Source of the DNA: an uncultured archaeon | GTDB taxonomy: Archaea; Asgardarchaeota; Lokiarchaeia; Sigyniarchaeales; Promethearchaeaceae | DNA: 10,906 nucleotides | Reading direction: 5' to 3' | NCBI GenBank assembly: GCA_964426185.1 | Contig: CAYRPF010000040.1 | Span: 17,223 to 28,128 of the forward strand | In this document: positions 6,880-10,906 of the stretch, in pieces | Layout of the letters: each line of letters opens with the position of its first letter | Numbering within the stretch: position 1 is the first letter of the stretch | Notes under the pieces: generated by a model | The model's input: only the letters and a program-made list of their open reading frames with translations | Told to the model about the DNA's origin: nothing | Database searches by the model: none | Made by a program: the position numbers and the translations under genes

Positions 6880-7944
6880 TTAATGCTCCTTTAATAGAAA
6901 TTCAGTATCTAAATTTTCGACTTGATCTCTACAAATCTGAATTTCAGAAGGCTGAATATGAGTCTTTATTCGCCTTATTTGCTCGCTAACCGTAAATGTA
7001 TCTGCACTAGTAGTTAACAAAGGCACTCCCTTTTCTTGAGCAACGCTCACAACTCGTGGCACTGGTTCCATATTTCCGGTAAAAATAATTAGTTTGGTAC
7101 TAGTATCTAAAGCAGCTAACGCGATATCAGTTCTATCTCCTCCTGTGATAACGCATTTATCCACGTTTGCGCGTAAAATTTTCAATGCAGCCTCAGCACC
7201 CATTGCTCCAATAATGAATGATCCAATTAAATTGTTTTTTACTTTGAGAAAATCACCCGAATATAATTTAGCACCTGTGGCATCCATTACTTCAGCGACA
7301 GTGGGCTTTTCTAAATCACGAACATTTTGCAAAGACCCAATCACATGGATATCTCGACTTTCTAAGAGGTCAGTATGGTATTTTTTGATTCGGATTTCTG
7401 CCATTTTACTTCTAGCATTCAGAACTACCCCCAAAACATTCAATTTTTGAGAAGTTAAATATTGATGACAAGTAAATACTGCGTTTAAATCATCATCATC
7501 TTCAATGGGTGCACATATCACAATATCTGCATTAAATTCTTTAGCAAAATAGACATCATCTAAATTCACTGGTGCATATTGAGTGAAAGAATGATTTCCT
7601 TCAATAATCATATGATCTACTTTATTTTGAATGTTAGAGAAAGAGTCTTTAATTTGTTGTTGAATTTCCCGAGCATCTTCGGGAAGAATCTCTTCTAAAT
7701 AAAATTCGGGATTTAAGAAATATGGACATATTTCCTCTTTCGAAAATTTTCGGGCAACCACACTTGAAATTACACTAACATCCTTATCCGTCCGGCTTTT
7801 TTCCTGTTGGGTCATGGCATCACCAATGGGTTTAAAGTATCCCATATTTTTCTCTTGTTCTTTCATTTTTAGGTATAACCCAATCGCGACCACACTTTTT
7901 CCTGCACCAGATTTGGTGGAGGTCAACATGATGTTTTTTCCCAT
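6880..7944 (-). CDS. Phosphotransacetylase-N-terminal-like protein (BioD-like P-loop + DRTGG domain), upstream paralog
   Basis: Motifs: P-loop STKSGAGKS, GYFKPIG, MIIEG, GVVLN, IGAM, VITGGDRTDIAL, IIFTGN and DTF. It is collinear with the neighbouring paralog. Confidence 0.93.
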   Translation of the reverse strand: MGKNIMLTSTKSGAGKSVVAIGLYLKMKEQEKNMGYFKPIGDAMTQQEKSRTDKDVSVISSVVARKFSKEEICPYFLNPEFYLEEILPEDAREIQQQIKDSFSNIQNKVDHMIIEGNHSFTQYAPVNLDDVYFAKEFNADIVICAPIEDDDDLNAVFTCHQYLTSQKLNVLGVVLNARSKMAEIRIKKYHTDLLESRDIHVIGSLQNVRDLEKPTVAEVMDATGAKLYSGDFLKVKNNLIGSFIIGAMGAEAALKILRANVDKCVITGGDRTDIALAALDTSTKLIIFTGNMEPVPRVVSVAQEKGVPLLTTSADTFTVSEQIRRIKTHIQPSEIQICRDQVENLDTEFLLKEH

Positions 7945-7951
7945 TTTCTCT

Positions 7952-7957
7952 TCACCT
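7952..7957 (-). promoter_or_regulatory. Archaeal-type Shine-Dalgarno site AGGTGA
   Basis: tcacct on the + strand, 7 nt from ATG 7944. Confidence 0.7.
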
Positions 7958-7975
7958 ATAATAAAAAAATTATTA

Positions 7976-10120
7976 TTAATGTTTAATGGTTATTTTGATA
8001 TCTACTGCTGAATAACCTTTTTCAGATTCAAAAACCAAACAAGGATTAATATCCAATTCGATAATTTCTGGAAAATCATTCACCAGTTGAGATAATCGGA
8101 CCATAATATCAATCACACCTTCAATATCACTGCGGGGTTCCCCTCTAACACCTTCAAGAATCTTGGAAATATTGGTTTGTTGAAGTTGAGCCATTGCATC
8201 ATTTCGATCATATTGATATGCTAGATCGAATTTAACATCTTTTACATAATTGGCATAAATGCCACCGCTTCCAACCATAATCATAGGACCCCATTGAGGA
8301 TCCCGGTTGACTCCAAAGATTAATTCATTAATTTTCTTCTTATCTTCTTTGATAATCATTTCTTGTACTTCTACTCCGCGAAGATCGGCTCCTGCAGGTC
8401 CTTTCGTGCGAGCATTAGACATAATTGTGATAAATGCTTTTTTAGCTTCTTCAGCAGATTTTATATTTAGAACTACCCCTCCGCAATCCCATTTGTGAAT
8501 TATTTGAGGGGACACAATTTTCATAACTACAGGAAATCCGATTTCTTCTGCTAACTGAGCAGCATCACGAGCCGTTTGGGCTAACCGTGATTTAGGATTT
8601 TTAATACCGTATAAATCAAATATTTCGGAAGTTTCATAACTCAATAAAACTACCCGTCCATCAGCTCGTACTTGAGAGAGAATCTCTTTTACACGCTCTT
8701 TATCCACTTCAAAATGTTCGATTTTCTTTGAAGTTATAATAGGCGCATTTTGAATATCATTATATATTTTTAAACCATTTAAAACACGCACTGCATCTTC
8801 AGGAAATGCATAAGTAGGAACACCGCCTTGGGTCAAGACTTTAGCCGCTTCGTTAACACTCACACCTCCAATAAAGCTGGCTATCAATGTTTTTGTTGGA
8901 TATTTTTGATGTAAGGCGGTTATTTTTTGAGCCACTTCCAGAGGTTTAGTTTGAGCTTGAGGTGTTAACAAAATAATACACCCGGCTACTTCAGAATCTG
9001 AACACTGTAACAGAATATCTAAAGCATCTTCATAACGTTCAGGGGGAGCATCTCCAATAATATCTACTGGGTTGTAGAAGTTTGATTCTGCAGGAAGGAC
9101 ACTTCTTAATTTATCAATAGTATCCTCGGAAAAACGGGCAATACCTAATTTCGCAGCTTCCATTGCATCGGTACAGACAATTCCTGGTCCACCAGCGTTG
9201 GTAACAATTGCAAATTTATCTCCTTTTGGAATAGGAGCAATAATGAATGTCATACAATAATTGAACAAGTCAGAAATCGTTTCGGCTCTAATTACACCTG
9301 CCTTCTTAAATGCTAAGTCAAACGCAATATCACTTCCTGCCAAGGCACCCGTATGGGATGAAGCAGCTTTTGCTCCAGCTGCACTACGCCCAGATTTAAG
9401 TAAAATGACAGGTTTCTTTTTGGATGCTTCGGAGACAACTTTAAAAAATTTATCACCATCTTGAACAGATTCTATATATGCCGCTATTACTTTAGTCTGT
9501 TCATCTTGAGCAAGGTATTCAATGAAATCCACTTCATCTGCATCGCATTTATTTCCTAACGAGATAAAACTGGAAAAACCAATTTGGTTTTCAATTGCCC
9601 AATCCAGTAAACCTGTCATCATTGCTCCAGACTGAGATAGCATACCAATATGCCCTTTATCTGGAGATAGAGAAGAAAATGAGAAATTTCCATCAGTAAT
9701 TAACCCCAAACAATTAGGTCCTAATATTCGCATATTATATTGCTTGGCTAATTCATTGATGCGATTTTCACGTACCATTCCTTCTCCACCGATTTCTTTA
9801 AATCCAGCGGTGATAATTACAAGAGATTTTACACCTTTTTTTCCACATTCTTCAACCACTGGAACACAAAATCTACTGGGAATACATATAACTCCTAAAT
9901 CGATATCTCCAGGAACATCTAGAACTGATTTAAAGGCAGTAAAACCATATATTTCACTTTCTTTCGGATTAATTGGATAGATTTTTCCTTTATATCCCGA
10001 TTTTTCCATATTTAATAATACAGTATGGCCAATTTTTCCCAGTTTGTTACTAGCTCCTATAACCGCAACAGATTTTGGATGAAAAAATGGTTGAATAGAT
10101 TGAACAGTCGATAAGGTCAT
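7976..10120 (-). CDS. acd: Acetate/acyl-CoA ligase (ADP-forming), fused alpha-beta subunits (ACD)
   Basis: CoA-binding fold (PKSVAVIGAS, IYPINP, ITAGFKE, RILGPNCLG), SQSG, SLGNK, phospho-His motif ASSHTGALAG (His256), TNAGGPG and NPVD. The C-terminal ATP-grasp domain has GFPVVMKIVSPQIIHK (His542) and ELDINP. No GNAT domain. Confidence 0.96.
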   Translation of the reverse strand: MTLSTVQSIQPFFHPKSVAVIGASNKLGKIGHTVLLNMEKSGYKGKIYPINPKESEIYGFTAFKSVLDVPGDIDLGVICIPSRFCVPVVEECGKKGVKSLVIITAGFKEIGGEGMVRENRINELAKQYNMRILGPNCLGLITDGNFSFSSLSPDKGHIGMLSQSGAMMTGLLDWAIENQIGFSSFISLGNKCDADEVDFIEYLAQDEQTKVIAAYIESVQDGDKFFKVVSEASKKKPVILLKSGRSAAGAKAASSHTGALAGSDIAFDLAFKKAGVIRAETISDLFNYCMTFIIAPIPKGDKFAIVTNAGGPGIVCTDAMEAAKLGIARFSEDTIDKLRSVLPAESNFYNPVDIIGDAPPERYEDALDILLQCSDSEVAGCIILLTPQAQTKPLEVAQKITALHQKYPTKTLIASFIGGVSVNEAAKVLTQGGVPTYAFPEDAVRVLNGLKIYNDIQNAPIITSKKIEHFEVDKERVKEILSQVRADGRVVLLSYETSEIFDLYGIKNPKSRLAQTARDAAQLAEEIGFPVVMKIVSPQIIHKWDCGGVVLNIKSAEEAKKAFITIMSNARTKGPAGADLRGVEVQEMIIKEDKKKINELIFGVNRDPQWGPMIMVGSGGIYANYVKDVKFDLAYQYDRNDAMAQLQQTNISKILEGVRGEPRSDIEGVIDIMVRLSQLVNDFPEIIELDINPCLVFESEKGYSAVDIKITIKH

Positions 10121-10166
10121 TGCTATTCTATCCTAACTCTTTACAATTACTTCAAGCTCATAATTG

Positions 10167-10186
10167 TTTTATAATTTATTCTTTTG
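10167..10186 (-). promoter_or_regulatory. Putative BRE-TATA promoter for acd
   Basis: The minus strand reads AAAAGAATAAA-TTATAAAA (TATA at 10167-10174), about 47 nt upstream of ATG 10120. An AGGA RBS-like motif lies at 10131-10134. Confidence 0.55.
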
Positions 10187-10237
10187 ATAACTTTTAGGAT
10201 TTTTTCTCTATTTTGAAATTGCATTTTATAAGCACTT

Positions 10238-10906
10238 TTATATTTTGATGATCGAAATTTGCTCATCCACAGAAATTTCTGTTTCACCTTGATACTTCCA
10301 TGAAAATGCATGTTGTTCTTGAACAATTCCTTCTCGTTGCCGGGTAATATGCTGGCAAGATACTCCCGTTAAGAATCCCCATGTAGGATCACATTCTCTC
10401 CATCCTCCTGCTTGAGGAGAAAAGAACTCACACCAAGCATGAGGTTCTAATTTTAAACTGGGAAGATCGATAACCCAACCATGCACTATTTTGGCCGGAA
10501 TCCCGCCTCCACGAAGAATTGCTACAAAGAGATCGGACATTTCTGAGCAATCTCCTTTCCTTGTTTGCAAAACTGTGCTGGCATCTTGCCGAATACCATT
10601 TATTTCATAAGTAACTTTCTGATTCACAAATTCAAATGCTAATTGAATGAATTCTGAAGCATTTATTGCATTATTTTTCAGAATTTGAACCAGATCCCGC
10701 AGATTTTTACTTTTCAAAGGCCAAAATCTTGAAGATTTAATCATAATTTCCCCGATAGTATTGGGAGCAGTTATTTCTCTATATTCCTTCCATTTACCAA
10801 AATGAGGTAAAATTATACTTGCATTACCATTTTTCAATATTGACAGGATAAAAGGAGAAACCGTCCTAAAGACAAAAAAAGGAGAGATCATCCCTATTTG
10901 GCAGAC
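10238..10906 (-). CDS. Transglutaminase-like (Cys-His-Asp) domain protein, probably 5'-truncated by the window
   Basis: Motifs: GDCSEMSDLFVAILRGGGIPAKIVHG (Cys), HAWCEF (His) and WRECDPTWG (Asp). The frame stays open upstream of ATG 10891 (GTC TGC CAA ATA GGG) to the edge, so the start is undetermined. Confidence 0.9.
   Translation of the reverse strand, partial: VCQIGMISPFFVFRTVSPFILSILKNGNASIILPHFGKWKEYREITAPNTIGEIMIKSSRFWPLKSKNLRDLVQILKNNAINASEFIQLAFEFVNQKVTYEINGIRQDASTVLQTRKGDCSEMSDLFVAILRGGGIPAKIVHGWVIDLPSLKLEPHAWCEFFSPQAGGWRECDPTWGFLTGVSCQHITRQREGIVQEQHAFSWKYQGETEISVDEQISIIKI

Noticed and set aside
5795-7944. Calling the paralogs pta or bioD
   Set aside because: They lack the PTA_PTB catalytic domain. 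The added DRTGG domain and the gene context do not fit dethiobiotin synthetase.
3205-9980. Other short ORFs in the track (3205-3438, 4352-4555, 4631-4825, 5898-6290, 6561-6752, 7094-7450, 7814-8011, 8307-8498, 9261-9464, 9744-9980)
   Set aside because: All are opposite-strand shadows of well-supported genes. The similarity between 5898-6290 and 7094-7450 simply mirrors the DRTGG duplication.
7976-10120. Protein lysine acetyltransferase Pat/PatZ
   Set aside because: There is no GNAT domain and the catalytic His (SHTG) is retained.
10860-10906. Possible frameshift at the A7 run (10874-10880) near the transglutaminase 5' end
   Set aside because: The main frame is open through the run and the other two frames contain stops. 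It cannot be evaluated without upstream sequence.
1-10906. CRISPR array, IS element, tRNA or rRNA
   Set aside because: No regularly spaced repeats, transposase or structural RNA signatures were seen. Intergenic gaps are short and AT-rich.

Overview
AT-rich prokaryotic window that is very likely archaeal. The evidence is an AGGTGA/AGGAG ribosome-binding site, TATA-like promoters, oligo-T tracts and a fused ADP-forming acyl-CoA synthetase. An Asgard (Lokiarchaeia-like) origin is only a guess. Seven CDS are supported. (1) A P-type ATPase on the minus strand (1923 to <1) that the ORF track missed; it has P2A-like cytoplasmic domains but a non-canonical TM4 motif (PVNIP instead of PEGLP). (2) A divergent U32-family Fe-S protein, probably an RNA hydroxylase. 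The other five lie on the minus strand, in transcription order: (3) a 5'-open transglutaminase-like protein, (4) a fused alpha-beta acetate/acyl-CoA ligase (ADP-forming), (5, 6) two tandem 354-aa BioD-like/DRTGG paralogs lacking the Pta catalytic domain, and (7) a 738-aa coiled-coil protein whose C-terminus partly resembles the intermediate-filament rod-end motif. The best leads are the atypical ATPase, the ACD + twin-DRTGG module and the filament-like protein. No rRNA, tRNA, CRISPR array or mobile element was recognised. All alignments were done by eye.
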